Shown here: one piece after another, positions 31,631-42,566 of the stretch | How positions within the stretch are numbered: position 1 is the first letter of the stretch | How the letters are laid out: each line of letters begins with the position of its first letter | Source of the DNA: a virus | DNA: 64,000 nucleotides | Direction: 5' to 3' (one strand) | IMG/VR virus record: IMGVR_UViG_3300034062_007329 | Location: 1-64,000 of that record | Program-made: the position numbers and the translations under genes | The notes under the pieces: generated by a model | Database searches by the model: none | Told to the model about the DNA's origin: nothing | The model's input: only the letters and a program-made list of their open reading frames with translations

Positions 31631-32917
31631 ATGGCTACTAAGAAGAAGAATGTTGTGGATACCGATAAGCTGTTTGAGGATCACGTCAAGCGATTTGACG
31701 AGGTTAAGGAGCTTACTGCTAAGGGCGATATGAATGAGGGTCTGCGTCGTTTCGATATGAACGATCATATTCTCTCGTTGCTGGAAAGCGAGCCGTTCTT
31801 TGCCGCGATTTCGCGTCACGTTGCAAAGGTGCCTTCGCTTGCCCTGCCTACCGCTGGCATTAAGGTTTCCAGCGAGGGGCATTTTGAGATGATCTATAAC
31901 CCTTATTTCTTTGCTGCGTTTGAGCCTAAGTATCGTTTGGGCGTTCTCAAGCATGAGTTTTATCATGCTATCTTTGAGCACGTTACCACTCGTTTGCCCG
32001 ATGCGGAAGATGGTTCGGGCACTAAGAAAATGAATCGTCTTTGGAATATTGCGACTGATCTTGCAATCAACTCGCATCTTCTTACTGAGATTCCCCTGTT
32101 CGGTTGTTTGCCCGAATATGGGCAACTTGCTGATATGCCTGCTGGCAAGACCGCTGAATGGTATTATGCGGAATTGAAGAAGAAGCAGGAGGAAAATGGT
32201 GGTGGCGATGGTGAAGGCGATGGCTTTGGTGATCCCTTTGACGATCACAGCGGTTGGGGTGAAGGCGATATCGACCCTTCCGTGAAGGAGATTGCCAAGC
32301 AGCGTCTTAAGGAGATGATGAAGCAAGCTGCGGAGGAAGCGAATAAGAAGTCGTGGGGTTCGATCTCTGCTGATATGCGTCAGGATATTCTTGACCGCAT
32401 CTCCAACAAGGTCGATTGGCGTAACGTTCTGCGTTATTTCATTAAGACCTCGCAGCGTGCAAATAAGAATCATACGGTGAGGCGTCTTAACAAGCGTTTC
32501 CCCTATATTCACGCTGGCGCTAAGGTTGATCGTCGGGCAAACATTGCCATTTCGATTGACCAGTCGGGTTCGGTCAGCGATGAAATGCTGGTTAAGTTCT
32601 TTGCAGAGTTGAATGGTCTTGCAAAGCTTGCCACTTTCACCGTTGTTCCGTTCGATACGGAGGTTGACGAGAAGTTGGTGTATGTCTGGAAGAAGGGCAA
32701 GCACCAAAAGGCAGAGCGTGTTAAGTGCGGTGGAACCGATTTCAACGCTCCCACGAAGTATGTGAATGAGCGTAAGTTTGATGGTCACATCGTTCTTACC
32801 GATATGTACGCTCCGAAGCCCATTGCTTCGACTTGCCAGCGTATGTGGATGACTGATAAGGTTTGTGCGAACAATCCTTATTTCACCACCACGGAGCGTG
32901 TTATTGCGGTAGACTAA
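31631..32917 (+). CDS. HExxH metallopeptidase plus VWA domain protein
   Basis: LKHEFYH, WNIATDLAIN, MIDAS DQSGS, GGTDF, LTD. Confidence 0.88.
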   Translation: MATKKKNVVDTDKLFEDHVKRFDEVKELTAKGDMNEGLRRFDMNDHILSLLESEPFFAAISRHVAKVPSLALPTAGIKVSSEGHFEMIYNPYFFAAFEPKYRLGVLKHEFYHAIFEHVTTRLPDAEDGSGTKKMNRLWNIATDLAINSHLLTEIPLFGCLPEYGQLADMPAGKTAEWYYAELKKKQEENGGGDGEGDGFGDPFDDHSGWGEGDIDPSVKEIAKQRLKEMMKQAAEEANKKSWGSISADMRQDILDRISNKVDWRNVLRYFIKTSQRANKNHTVRRLNKRFPYIHAGAKVDRRANIAISIDQSGSVSDEMLVKFFAELNGLAKLATFTVVPFDTEVDEKLVYVWKKGKHQKAERVKCGGTDFNAPTKYVNERKFDGHIVLTDMYAPKPIASTCQRMWMTDKVCANNPYFTTTERVIAVD

Positions 32918-33592
32918 ACGAAACGCGGTTGGTTGGCAACTGGATAATCGGTTGCCAGCCGCCGCAAATCGGTTTGCAAAATGGCGAGGAATCTAAATAA
33001 ACCAAGACTGGACCAATATAGGGTAGGGAGCATACTTAAGTTTCAACCAGGAAAAGATCTGGAATATGAATACTATTTGATCCTGCGTATTGATGCATTA
33101 AAGAAAAACAAACCAATACGGTATGCTGTGCATATGTGGAAGGTTGGTACAGAAGAACCAAAAGACATTTATCAAACCCCTTGGCAAAGCGCGGAAGCTA
33201 TTAACCAAATGTTGGATAATGAGATGATGAGTGTTGAGTCTTATTAGAATCCCAGCAAAAATATTGCTTGACTCCCCCGCCCCGTTGTGATAGACTGTAA
33301 GAAGATAAGGAGAGAGATGATGCACAATAAGGAAGCCTGTAATCACTTTATGCAGTTAATCGGAAATGTTAAGGAGCTTTATTGGGAGCATGACGATATC
33401 CTTGTTCAGCGTGATGTAGAGAAATGGACTTGTGAGCTTTGCGGTGAAACCAAGTTTGCAATTCAGGAGAATGAACGTGAGTTAGTTGATAATCAGTAGA
33501 AAAAACCAGTTGACACTTAACCCTTAACCCTGTAAGATTAAGCAAGATTATTTAACCGCTCCATTGTGAGCAGAATAAAAGGATAAAAACAA

Positions 33593-33907
33593 ATGGCTAC
33601 TATCAATAACATCGACGTTCTCGCTGCAATCCAGTCCTATCTCGATAGCAATAATCGCCCGTGTCCTGCCCATTATCTCAATGACAAGTTTGGTGATGAT
33701 GTTGCAGAGAATATTACCAATCTCAAGAAGGATGGTAAGGTGGTTGGTCGTCGTGGTCGGAATGGTGGTATCGTGTTTCCTGATACCGTGTTCAAGGATA
33801 AGGCGGATAGTTCTTCGCCTGTTGCCGCAAAGAAGGTTGCGGTTGACACGGAGGATTCCGATTCCGACAACGATTCCGATGTGGAGATTGTCGATCTTCC
33901 CATCTAA
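33593..33907 (+). CDS. Small winged-helix-like protein (paralog of 53463 and 56299)
   Basis: RPCP...GKVVGRRGRNGG. Confidence 0.6.
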   Translation: MATINNIDVLAAIQSYLDSNNRPCPAHYLNDKFGDDVAENITNLKKDGKVVGRRGRNGGIVFPDTVFKDKADSSSPVAAKKVAVDTEDSDSDNDSDVEIVDLPI

Positions 33908-34035
33908 TTAAATACAAACAAACGTAGCCAAAGCCCCTTCATTGGGGCTTTCGGCGTTAGAGGAGCATAACAAATGCTAATGATCACTACTTGCATCGCA
34001 ACACTTTTAATTGGCTTTGTATTGTCAATTGAGTA

Positions 34036-37000
34036 ATGGCTATGGCAGATCCAATGTCAGTAAAACCCGTAGTAACAACTACGTTAAGAGAATTAATGGG
34101 ACCAAAGTGGCAACATAAAACAACGAATGGCAAGTATTGGGTTTCAACCAGCGATGTTATGTTTACTGGTTGGGAAACAATGGTATTTGCAGTTCGATCA
34201 GATGGTGATATAGATTATGTAGGTTTAGACGAAGAAAGATATTCCAACGAAAATCAAGCGTATTGGGGTCATATCAAAATGTTCCAGAAGTGGGACGAAA
34301 AGGAGTAATATAAAATGGGTGTTCTAAAGTGTTTTGTTTGTGGTTGCTATCTTCACGATGACGAGGTTGTTTGGATTGAGTTAGACGATAATCATTCAGC
34401 AGCTCATTGTGTCTCGTGTGCGCCAGAACAACCTGATTATGACGAAACTATGTGATTATTTCCAGATTGGTCATTTGTATGAAATAGAAATTAAGTCCTA
34501 CGAAAATGGAGATATTCCAGAAATAACAAAAGCGGTCTTAGTTCTAAAGAATATTACAAAAGAACATAATGTTAAAATCTACGAAGGTAGAACCGCAATG
34601 CTACTATGCTATCTGGATGATCCATCCGAAACAACAATCACTTATCTTTATCGCGAGGAAAGTAGCCAATGGCTGAAAAAGATATCCTGAAAGAATATTT
34701 CCAGGTTGGTCACTTATACGAAGTGACATACAACAAGCTTTCGCAGATTAAAGAGAATGGTGGGATTGTAAAAAAAACCTTCTTGCTTAAACACATTAAT
34801 CCATTTCTTAGCAAAGATATGTTGTTTGAGGATATCGAGAATGGCGAAGAACAATTCTTCTACTATGAAGAATACAACATAGATACCCTCAAAAAAATCT
34901 CTTGACGGGCGACCCTGCGCGTGATAATATGTTCTTAACGCTGGTGGTCAGCGAGAAAAGGATATTATAAATGCGTTGGGGATATAATCGTTTTGCAAAG
35001 CCCAAGGTTGTCGTGCAGAAGGTGAATGATCCTTCTATTCCCGCTCGCCTTGATGCTCTTATCAACAATGGCGTGATTACCACTAACGATAAGGCTATCT
35101 GCGAATCGCTTAAGCAGGGTTGGGATCGCTATGGTTCAATCACCGCTGGTCAAAACGGATTGCTTCTTAAGATGGAGCAGCGTTATGATGCAAGCGAGGT
35201 TGCCAAGCGAACCGCTGCACAAAGCGATTGGCTTTCTAACTTTACTCCCGAAATGCGTGCAAGGCTGAATGTTTGCGCGCAGTATTACGTTACCACTCCG
35301 TATTTCCGTGATATCGCGGTTCGCGTTATGAACGAGCCTACTTGGACGCCCAGCGAAAAGCAGTATCGCGCTATGTGTGAAAACAAGTATGCCCAGCGGA
35401 TCATGGAGAATATCGAAACGCCTGTTAAGTATCCTGTTGGTTCAATTGTAGAGATCCGCAAGACCGCTCGTTATTGGGGTGATAACAAGATTTGTGCTGT
35501 TATCGCGTATGAGAACGCGGTTGGTCCTGCAAGGGGTTCGCGGCAATACACCTTGATGCCTTTTGGTGGTGATAACAAGATCACGATGCCAGAGCGTGAT
35601 ATCAAGATTTACCGCGCAAAGCCCGAACACGAACAGGGGATTGAGGATGACAATGAAGATGCGCCCTTTTAATGATGTGAATGGTGTTTGGCACGATAGC
35701 GTCGGTGTGCCAATTGACAAACACGAAAGGGATAAGTGGGGAACCGAATGTGCTGAGTGGTTGGCAAAAGAGCCAAACGAGTATTTTGTTTATACCCGAA
35801 GCGGCGATACCATCGTAATTGGTATTCGTGACAGCGACGGCAACACCATCGAAATTTTTGATTGCAAAATCCGAAGGGATATGAGGTTCATTAATGAGTG
35901 ATTCTAAGAAGATGACATATGAGCAGATGGAGTTTATGTACCAAACCGCAATTCAGGCAGCTACCAAAACGCTGTTTGAGGATCATTACGCGGATCACGG
36001 ATGGACGCAGAAGGAGTTTACCGAAACGATGCTTTGGACGATGAAGGCAGTTCAGGAGGGTAAGCTGCAAAGGTGGGTTAACTAAATGGATGCTATTATG
36101 TCAAAGGTTGTGCAAATTAATCTAACTGGACAGGAAGTTCAGGATATGCTTATGCATAAGATTTATGCTAAGTATCCCGATCTTGCAGATGATACTAAGT
36201 GGTGTTGGGAGGATTTCTCTTTGAGTTTCAATAGCCAGAAACTTGAAGCCGGTGCCCTAAACATTATTTTTACTCAGAATAGTGATTATTGTGAGGATAG
36301 CAAGGAAACTACTAATACCCCTATTACCTTCGTTGAAGGCGGTGGAATTTAATGTCTAATAAGAATAGCCACTATAAACTGGACTTCAAGATTAAGAGCA
36401 ACGGCGGTAATCTGACGTTTCAGGATTTCCGTCGTAGGTATTACTGGACGGGAAGTAGCCAATGGAATGTTCCGTTTATTGAGCGTTTCCTTAATCAGCT
36501 TTATGTTGACAACAAGGTTTCTACGATTGTTCCAAAGGACATTAATATTGTCCAAACGGCGATTGATGCTGGTCTTGTGTTGAATAAAGAAGAGGTAATC
36601 GACTTTCATCGTTATGTCGCAGTTGGCAGAGAGGTTTGGTATAAGGATCTCCAAGACGAAACTGGAAGGTTGAAGAATCGACTTATTACTTCAAGTTCGC
36701 GCGAGCGTTATGAGATAATTCTTTCCTATCTTGCAACGCAGACTCCAGAATTCCAGAGTTGTGAAGCGCAATTCCAAACGTGGCTTGCCAAGCGTCCAGG
36801 TTTGGTGGAAGTTTGGAATGAAGTTTTTGAGGAAAAGCCCACGCTTCTTAGGTTTGCAAGGGCTTCAAAGGATCATACTTTCCGAACCAAGTTGGAAAAT
36901 GCCCGTCCTCGCACTTTGAAGATTGGTACTCTTGTTCAGTTAAAGGATAAGTATATTAATAACAGGAGTCGAGATCCATTTTATTGGGAACAAGATTATA

Positions 37001-38959
37001 AGAGTTCTCCTCGACTTGGTATGATTGCTGGTTTCAACGAAGATAATGCATATGGTTATGGCTCACGATTGCTCAGGATTATGTGGATCGCAAGCAGCCA
37101 AGAAACTACAATCATGGAACGCGACCTTAAGATCCTTAGTGAGTAAGTAGCAATTACCCTCTTGACTTGAGCGGGAGCCTATGGTATCCTGTTCTTGTCA
37201 TTTGGAGCGGAGAAAAAGAATGTGGCATCGAAGCAACCTTAGAGATCGTGATTACAAGTCCAGTTCATCTGTATACAAAAAGTATGCTAAACATATCGGC
37301 AAGCTTGTTGGTTGTGAATATTGGGCTGGTAAAACTGCTGAAAACGAGGAAGGGTGGAAAGTTAGAATCTATATGATCTCCGCTGTTACTCCGCAAAGGC
37401 ATTACATGAATCGCTTCGCTTATAAGCTTATTGCAGTTGGGGATCATAACGATTGCGAGTATGGTTGTGCGGGTGTTTTGAAAGATTTGCTCCGTAACAA
37501 GCATATTGCTGGTACGGATATGCAGATGAATAAAAAGAGCGGTTGGAGGTTCCTTGATTGATCCATATGAGTTGCCAGCCGCCGCAAATGTTATTGCGGA
37601 GGAAGTGGTCAAAACATTTACCTGCCTTAAGTGTAAGGGGGAGGTGGAGTATGATCAATTCTTCAAACACGATGATCCCACATTTGACTATGGATTCTAC
37701 GCGCTAAAGGATAGTGGATACGCAGTTGGTGTAGAAATTGTAAAGGGTATGGATCTTTGCGAATGGTGTGTACCTGTGATGTACCACTCAACCGATAAAA
37801 AGGAAAACAATAATGACTAAGGAAAAGTTTTACGATACTGCTATGGTTGCTCTTGGATGTTTTATTGGCTTGGTTGTGATTGTGATTCTTGCTCTTGGGT
37901 ATAGCGCAAATAAAACACATCAGGAATTGCAGGAGGTTGAGAAAGGCATCTTTTTTAAGAAGTGTGCTGCCGCTTGTGCGCCTAACGATGTTTATTCTAC
38001 CAAGTATAATCGTTGTACCTGTAATGCTGCTGTAATCGTGAAGGAGATTAATTAAATGGCAAAGAGTGATTCTTTTGATCGCTTGATGGATAAGCTGGAT
38101 GCAATTCACCAACAGCTTAGTGATTTTGAGGCAACGATTACAACTGCCCTTATCAAGTTTGAGGGCAAGGTAGATAAGCCAAAGCCAAAGAAGGCAAAGG
38201 ATTTGCCTATCGGCACTAAGGTGACAATTTATGGCTTGGACGAAGGGCGTGAAGCGGACGATATCTACGAAGTTATCGCACACTCTAAGACTTGCGATGA
38301 TGTTGTTATCTTAGAAAATGGTAGTGGTGATATTACCACAGAAAATGCAGATGATCTGGAGATAGTTTAAAATAAGGTAAAACGATATGGGTCTTGATAT
38401 GTATATTCACGACGAACATGGCAACGAGGTTGCATATTGGAGAAAGTTTAATGCCCTTCACGCTTGGTTTGTCACAAATCTCCAAGATGGCGTAGATGAA
38501 TGTCAGCGATCCAGAAGGATTACGAAGGAGGATATTGAACAAATTATCTATATCTTCAAGGCAATTGATGAAGCGCCAATGGCAGCTCAAGTTTTATTGC
38601 CGCCAAGGGATGGTTTCTTCTTTGGTTCTACCGCGTTTGATGAGTATTTGCTGAATGATGTAAGATCCTCAATCCCTGTGTTTGAGCGATTGCTGGAATC
38701 GGTGGATAGGGAGAAATTTTATTATCAGTCAAGTTGGTGACAAATGGAATACAGAGTTGGGGATATTGTAGAATTTACTTATGGAGCAGTAGAAGCAGGA
38801 ATGTCTGGAACCAGAACCGTTTTGCTTTTGAGGAAACTGGAACAGAAAGATTGGTGGAGGGGAGAACTAATTAACGATTCCAATAATTATTTGGGTAGCA
38901 CTGGGGAGTTTTGTTTAGATCCAGGGGGACATAATAAACTGGTTTGGAGGCAAAGTTAG
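34036..38959 (+). CDS. Block of early hypothetical genes (including 34971-35672, 36352-37146, 37813-38055, and MGLDMY-type 38387-38740)
   Basis: Tightly packed ORFs downstream of sigma70-like promoters at 34902 and 37162. Confidence 0.6.
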
Positions 38960-38962
38960 TGC

Positions 38963-39176
38963 TTGACAAGCCCTTCGCTCCGTGATAAGATGTCTTTAAC
39001 GCTGGTGATCTGGTGTGAGCGAAACACAGAAGTCCAGCAAAAAAAGTGAAACGGGGCGCTTGACAACGGCTCGGAGTCGTGGTAGACTGTTCTTCAAGGT
39101 GGCGCTGAGTGCGAGGCGCACCGACGAACGAAAGAAAAAAAGAGTGCTTGACAAGCCTGCCCGCGTGTGGTAGACT
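38963..39176 (+). promoter_or_regulatory. Three tandem sigma70-type promoters upstream of the tRNA array
   Basis: TTGACA-17-TAAGAT (38963), TTGACA-17-TAGACT (39060), TTGACA-17-TAGACT (39148), all with a TG-rich segment before -10. Confidence 0.85.
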
Positions 39177-39195
39177 GAGCGGGTAAGGTTGAGAG

Positions 39196-39237
39196 GCGGT
39201 GGTTGTTGTTAGAAACCCCGCGTGTTCTTTAACAATT
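39196..39237 (+). promoter_or_regulatory. boxB-like hairpin plus boxA antitermination element
   Basis: TGTTCTTTAACAATT (39223-39237) versus rrn boxA TGCTCTTTAACA. Confidence 0.65.
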
Positions 39238-39582
39238 GAATAACACCGTGATATTGTTTCTTTGAACAAAAGAGAAGGAACACAAATGTCAAAAGTGCAA
39301 GTAGATATCACAAATCTTAAGCGGATTCTTCCTGCTTGTAGGCGATGCCGTGTTCGTAGTGACCAAATGCTGCGAGACAGCGAACAGCCAATGATTTGTG
39401 ATAAATGTAGAGATGTAATTAAGAATGACTTTCCTCATATGGTTCCGCTTGAACCTATTCCTTTTGAGAGAGCGAGGGAATGTTTGTTCAACCATGAAAG
39501 AGAGTGCGAATGTTGGCAGGAAGGAATCGCGTTTCCTCCTGAGCCAGCGCATTGGAGAGTGAACGAGCTGTAACGCAATACT

Positions 39583-39659
39583 GGACCTGTAGCTTAACTG
39601 GTTAAAGCACTCGACTTATAATCGAGAGAGTCTGGGATCGTTCCCCAGCGGGTCCACCA
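39583..39659 (+). tRNA. tRNA-Ile(UAU)
   Basis: CTCGA-CT-TAT-AA-TCGAG; encoded CCA. Confidence 0.88.
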
Positions 39660-39664
39660 ATTAC

Positions 39665-39753
39665 GGGGATGTGGCGGAATTGGCATACGCAAAGCACTTA
39701 AAATGCTTCGGGTCTTAGCGCCCATGTGGGTTCGACTCCCACCATCCCCACCA
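39665..39753 (+). tRNA. tRNA-Leu(UAA)
   Basis: AAGCA-CT-TAA-AA-TGCTT, long variable arm, CCA. Confidence 0.95.
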
Positions 39754-39810
39754 ATTTTGTTAGTCGTTTCGTGGTAGAGACAACTAATTATTATTACGAG
39801 GTGTCTCCCT

Positions 39811-40263
39811 ATGAAAACAAAAGAAGAAATAGAAGCAGCAGTAAGAGATAGTTTATCATACGCTCAAACGCTTTCTAAGTTAGATTTGAAGCCTATGGGT
39901 GGCAACTATCGAATCCTGAAACGCAAGATTGCAGAGTATCAAATAGATACAAAGCATTTTACTGGCAAGGGTCATTTAAAGAATAAAACGCACGACTGGT
40001 CTAAAAAGATTCCTCTTGTTGATATATTAAAAGAGGGAACAATCTATCAAAGTTTTAAGTTAAAAAATAGGTTGTTAAAAGAAAAGATCATTGAAAACAA
40101 ATGTAGTGAATGTGGTCTTGGTGATGAATGGTTTGGCAAGAAAATTAACCATCATTTAGATCACATAAACGGTGTCAACACTGATAATAGGTTAGAGAAT
40201 CTAAGATTGCTCTGCCCTAATTGTCATAGTCAAACTGATACTTATACTGGTAAGAATAAATAG
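39811..40263 (+). CDS. HNH endonuclease (homing type) inside tRNA array
   Basis: CSECG...HLDHINGVNTDNRLENLRLLCPNCHSQT. Confidence 0.9.
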   Translation: MKTKEEIEAAVRDSLSYAQTLSKLDLKPMGGNYRILKRKIAEYQIDTKHFTGKGHLKNKTHDWSKKIPLVDILKEGTIYQSFKLKNRLLKEKIIENKCSECGLGDEWFGKKINHHLDHINGVNTDNRLENLRLLCPNCHSQTDTYTGKNK

Positions 40264-40269
40264 TTTAGT

Positions 40270-40345
40270 TGGCGAGTAGCACAATGGCAGTCGCAGCGAG
40301 CTGTTAACTCGCAGGTTGCAGGTTCAAGTCCTGCCTCGCCAGCCA
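40270..40345 (+). tRNA. tRNA-Asn(GUU)
   Basis: GCGAG-CT-GTT-AA-CTCGC; CCA. Confidence 0.93.
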
Positions 40346-40362
40346 ATTTATGTAATAATCAT

Positions 40363-40438
40363 GGGGAGTTAGCTCATCAGGTAGAGCAAAAGACTTTTAA
40401 TCTTTTGGTGGACGGTTCGAGTCCGTCACTCCCTACCA
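40363..40438 (+). tRNA. tRNA-Lys(UUU)
   Basis: AAAGA-CT-TTT-AA-TCTTT; CCA. Confidence 0.95.
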
Positions 40439-40468
40439 ATTTTCAAAGTAAGACTATTTAAGTATCAT

Positions 40469-40543
40469 GGCTCGTTCGTCTAATGGTTAGGACGGAAGCC
40501 TTTCAAGCTTCAAACAAGAGTTCAATTCTCTTACGAGTCACCA
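40469..40543 (+). tRNA. tRNA-Glu(UUC)
   Basis: GAAGC-CT-TTC-AA-GCTTC; CCA. Confidence 0.93.
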
Positions 40544-40557
40544 ATTTATATAAGGAC

Positions 40558-40694
40558 TATGCGGGCTTATTATTATAAGGTGTTCAACTCTGCTGCGAAC
40601 ACCCAGTCAAGCGCGGAACCTTGAATTCCTTTGCTGAGATGGCATGATTATTAAAGCGCAGATAGTGGTTGGGTCGAGAAACCAACCCCGCATA
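40558..40694 (+). ncRNA. Unknown multi-branched structured RNA
   Basis: Closing stem TATGCGGG/CCCGCATA; internal hairpins CTTAT/ATAAG, GGTGTTC/GAACACC, GGTTGG/CCAACC; fills a slot between two tRNAs. Confidence 0.55.
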
Positions 40695-40703
40695 ATGTTT
40701 TAT

Positions 40704-40777
40704 TGGGAATTCGTCTAAGGGCAGGACGGCAGACTTTGAATCTGCCTATGGTGGTTCAAATCCATCATTCCCAACCA
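40704..40777 (+). tRNA. tRNA-Gln(UUG)
   Basis: GCAGA-CT-TTG-AA-TCTGC; CCA. Confidence 0.93.
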
Positions 40778-40789
40778 ATTTTGTTTTGC

Positions 40790-40866
40790 GGTCTGGTAGC
40801 TCAATTGGATAGAGCAAAGAGCTTCTACCTCTTAGGTTGGGGGTTCAAGTCCCTCCCAGATCGCCA
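40790..40866 (+). tRNA. tRNA-Arg(UCU)
   Basis: AAGAG-CT-TCT-AC-CTCTT; CCA. Confidence 0.95.
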
Positions 40867-40872
40867 ATTTGC

Positions 40873-40962
40873 AGAGGGTTGTGTGAGCGGTTGAAACAGC
40901 CAGACTTGAAATCTGGTATACCTTAACGGGTATCAAAGGTTCAAATCCTTTACCCTCTGCCA
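40873..40962 (+). tRNA. tRNA-Ser(UGA)
   Basis: CCAGA-CT-TGA-AA-TCTGG, long variable arm, G73-CCA. Confidence 0.93.
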
Positions 40963-40973
40963 CTAATTAACAC

Positions 40974-41063
40974 GGATGTTTAGACCGCTAAAGTAGACGG
41001 GTCGCTCTGTAAAAGCGATATCCCTTGTGATCCGAGTGGGCGCGATTCCCTCAACATCCACCA
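40974..41063 (+). tRNA. tRNA-Tyr(GUA)
   Basis: TCGCT-CT-GTA-AA-AGCGA; atypical T loop; CCA. Confidence 0.85.
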
Positions 41064-41085
41064 ACCTGTAAGCAGGAGGCAACAA

Positions 41086-41265
41086 ATGAAGATCGTTCGT
41101 AATAGCGCGAAGTGTAAGAAGTGCGGGGACGAAATCGAAAGCAAGCATCGTCACGATTTTGTTTCTTGCAAGTGTGGTGAAATCTTTGTTGATGGTGGCA
41201 AGGATTATTTCCGTCGCGGTGCAAAGGATCTTGAGAATATCGTTGATACTTCTGTGAGTGTGTAA
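41086..41265 (+). CDS. Small zinc-ribbon protein (not in ORF track)
   Basis: GGAGG RBS; MKIVRNSAKCKKCGDEIESKHRHDFVSCKCGEIFVDGG. Confidence 0.8.
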   Translation: MKIVRNSAKCKKCGDEIESKHRHDFVSCKCGEIFVDGGKDYFRRGAKDLENIVDTSVSV

Positions 41266-41327
41266 TTCGATGGGAATGTCTCCCATCCCTAACCGCTGGA
41301 TATTCCAGCAGAGAGAGAAAGAAACAA

Positions 41328-41525
41328 ATGAAGATCGCTAATTCGCTGTGGGCTGTGGTTGAGCGTTCGGATGTTGATGGTGGCAGTTTCGTGATGCGCG
41401 AGGAGATTTTCAGTTCGCGTCAGGATGCCCGCGATTATCTTTCTGAGGTAAAGCGTAGTGGCGTTGTGGATCGCCCTCGTTCGCTGTTCATTCGCCAGTT
41501 GCGCGTTACTAACAAGCGTGGCTAA
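41328..41525 (+). CDS. Hypothetical protein
   Basis: 65-aa ORF preceded by GCTGG/CCAGC leader hairpin. Confidence 0.6.
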   Translation: MKIANSLWAVVERSDVDGGSFVMREEIFSSRQDARDYLSEVKRSGVVDRPRSLFIRQLRVTNKRG

Positions 41526-41608
41526 TTATTAAGAACGGTCTGTGATCGTTTGGGCTTTGGTGGTTGCGCCCGTGGGTTGTTCCATAAAGCAACCGCCCCA
41601 ATTTTTAA

Positions 41609-41684
41609 GCCTATTTAGCTCAGTTGGTAGAGCACGTCACTTGTAATGATGAGGTCGCCCGTTCGATTCGGGCAATAGGCTCCA
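41609..41684 (+). tRNA. tRNA-Thr(UGU)
   Basis: CGTCA-CT-TGT-AA-TGATG; CCA. Confidence 0.95.
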
Positions 41685-41694
41685 ATTGTTGTAT

Positions 41695-41781
41695 GGGCGA
41701 ATGGCGTAACAGGTAGCCGCGACAGACTCAAAATCTGTTTCCTGCAAAGGAGTGTCGGTTCGATTCCGACTTTGCCCACCA
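41695..41781 (+). tRNA. tRNA-Leu(CAA)
   Basis: ACAGA-CT-CAA-AA-TCTGT; long variable arm; CCA. Confidence 0.95.
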
Positions 41782-41914
41782 ATCTACACTACAGCAATAA
41801 ACACAAGGTCTGTGGTTTCCAAAGTGGGTTGGAAATTATTGTTGAGCGAACTACAGGTTCTCTGGCATATCCTGTTGTAGAAAAAGCCAGACTTTTTATA
41901 AGGAATTAGCTGAA

Positions 41915-42469
41915 ATGCTTACGTCAAAAGCTGACCTGAAGCAATTAGTACGAACAAGAAAGTTGGTAAGGGAACAAGCAGAAACTTCTTATGAAGATCC
42001 AGAAGATTTTATATTTTTTTGCTACATTGCAAAGAACCCACAGTCTTATGGAAGTCTCTTGGAGAAAAGAATAAGAGAGAAGAACGGAATGATTAAAGTC
42101 GAAGCATCCCAAGAGAAAGGTGATGCTGTAGACGTGGATGGTAATTTTAAAGAGATTAAGTGCTCTATAAGTGATTGTGGTGTATTTAATGCAGTTCAAA
42201 TTAGACCACACCACAATATTCATTCTTGTTTGCTTTTCTTTTTTGAAATTGATGATAGCACAAACGTCGTGAATCACTTCTTTGAAGTTCCAGAGAAAGA
42301 TGTATTAACTTTTCCTGGTATCTCAATAGCTCATGGCGTTAAAGCAAACAAAAATTCTAAATCAGAGTATAGAATTACGTTTGATAAAAACAAAAAAAAG
42401 TCTGATACTGTTGCTGGTAGAGCATGGAATGAACTTCAAAAATATAAAATAAGCAACAAGATATTTTAA
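41915..42469 (+). CDS. PD-(D/E)xK nuclease-like protein inside tRNA array
   Basis: YGSLLEK...GDAVD...KEIKCS. Confidence 0.6.
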   Translation: MLTSKADLKQLVRTRKLVREQAETSYEDPEDFIFFCYIAKNPQSYGSLLEKRIREKNGMIKVEASQEKGDAVDVDGNFKEIKCSISDCGVFNAVQIRPHHNIHSCLLFFFEIDDSTNVVNHFFEVPEKDVLTFPGISIAHGVKANKNSKSEYRITFDKNKKKSDTVAGRAWNELQKYKISNKIF

Positions 42470-42485
42470 AAGAATTGTTCTATTT

Positions 42486-42560
42486 GGGAATGTAGTTTAA
42501 TGGTAAAACATCTGTCTCATACGCAGAATAGTGATGGTTCGATTCCATCCGTTCCCACCA
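42486..42560 (+). tRNA. tRNA with CAU anticodon (Met, possibly Ile2)
   Basis: TCTGT-CT-CAT-AC-GCAGA; CCA. Confidence 0.88.
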
Positions 42561-42566
42561 ATTTAC

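Noticed and set aside
30394-32788. Long minus-strand ORFs (348 and 439 aa)
   Set aside because: Antisense shadows of the AAA+ and VWA genes caused by codon bias; the same applies to 8685-9329, 37663-38283, 51283-52197 and 53031-53855.
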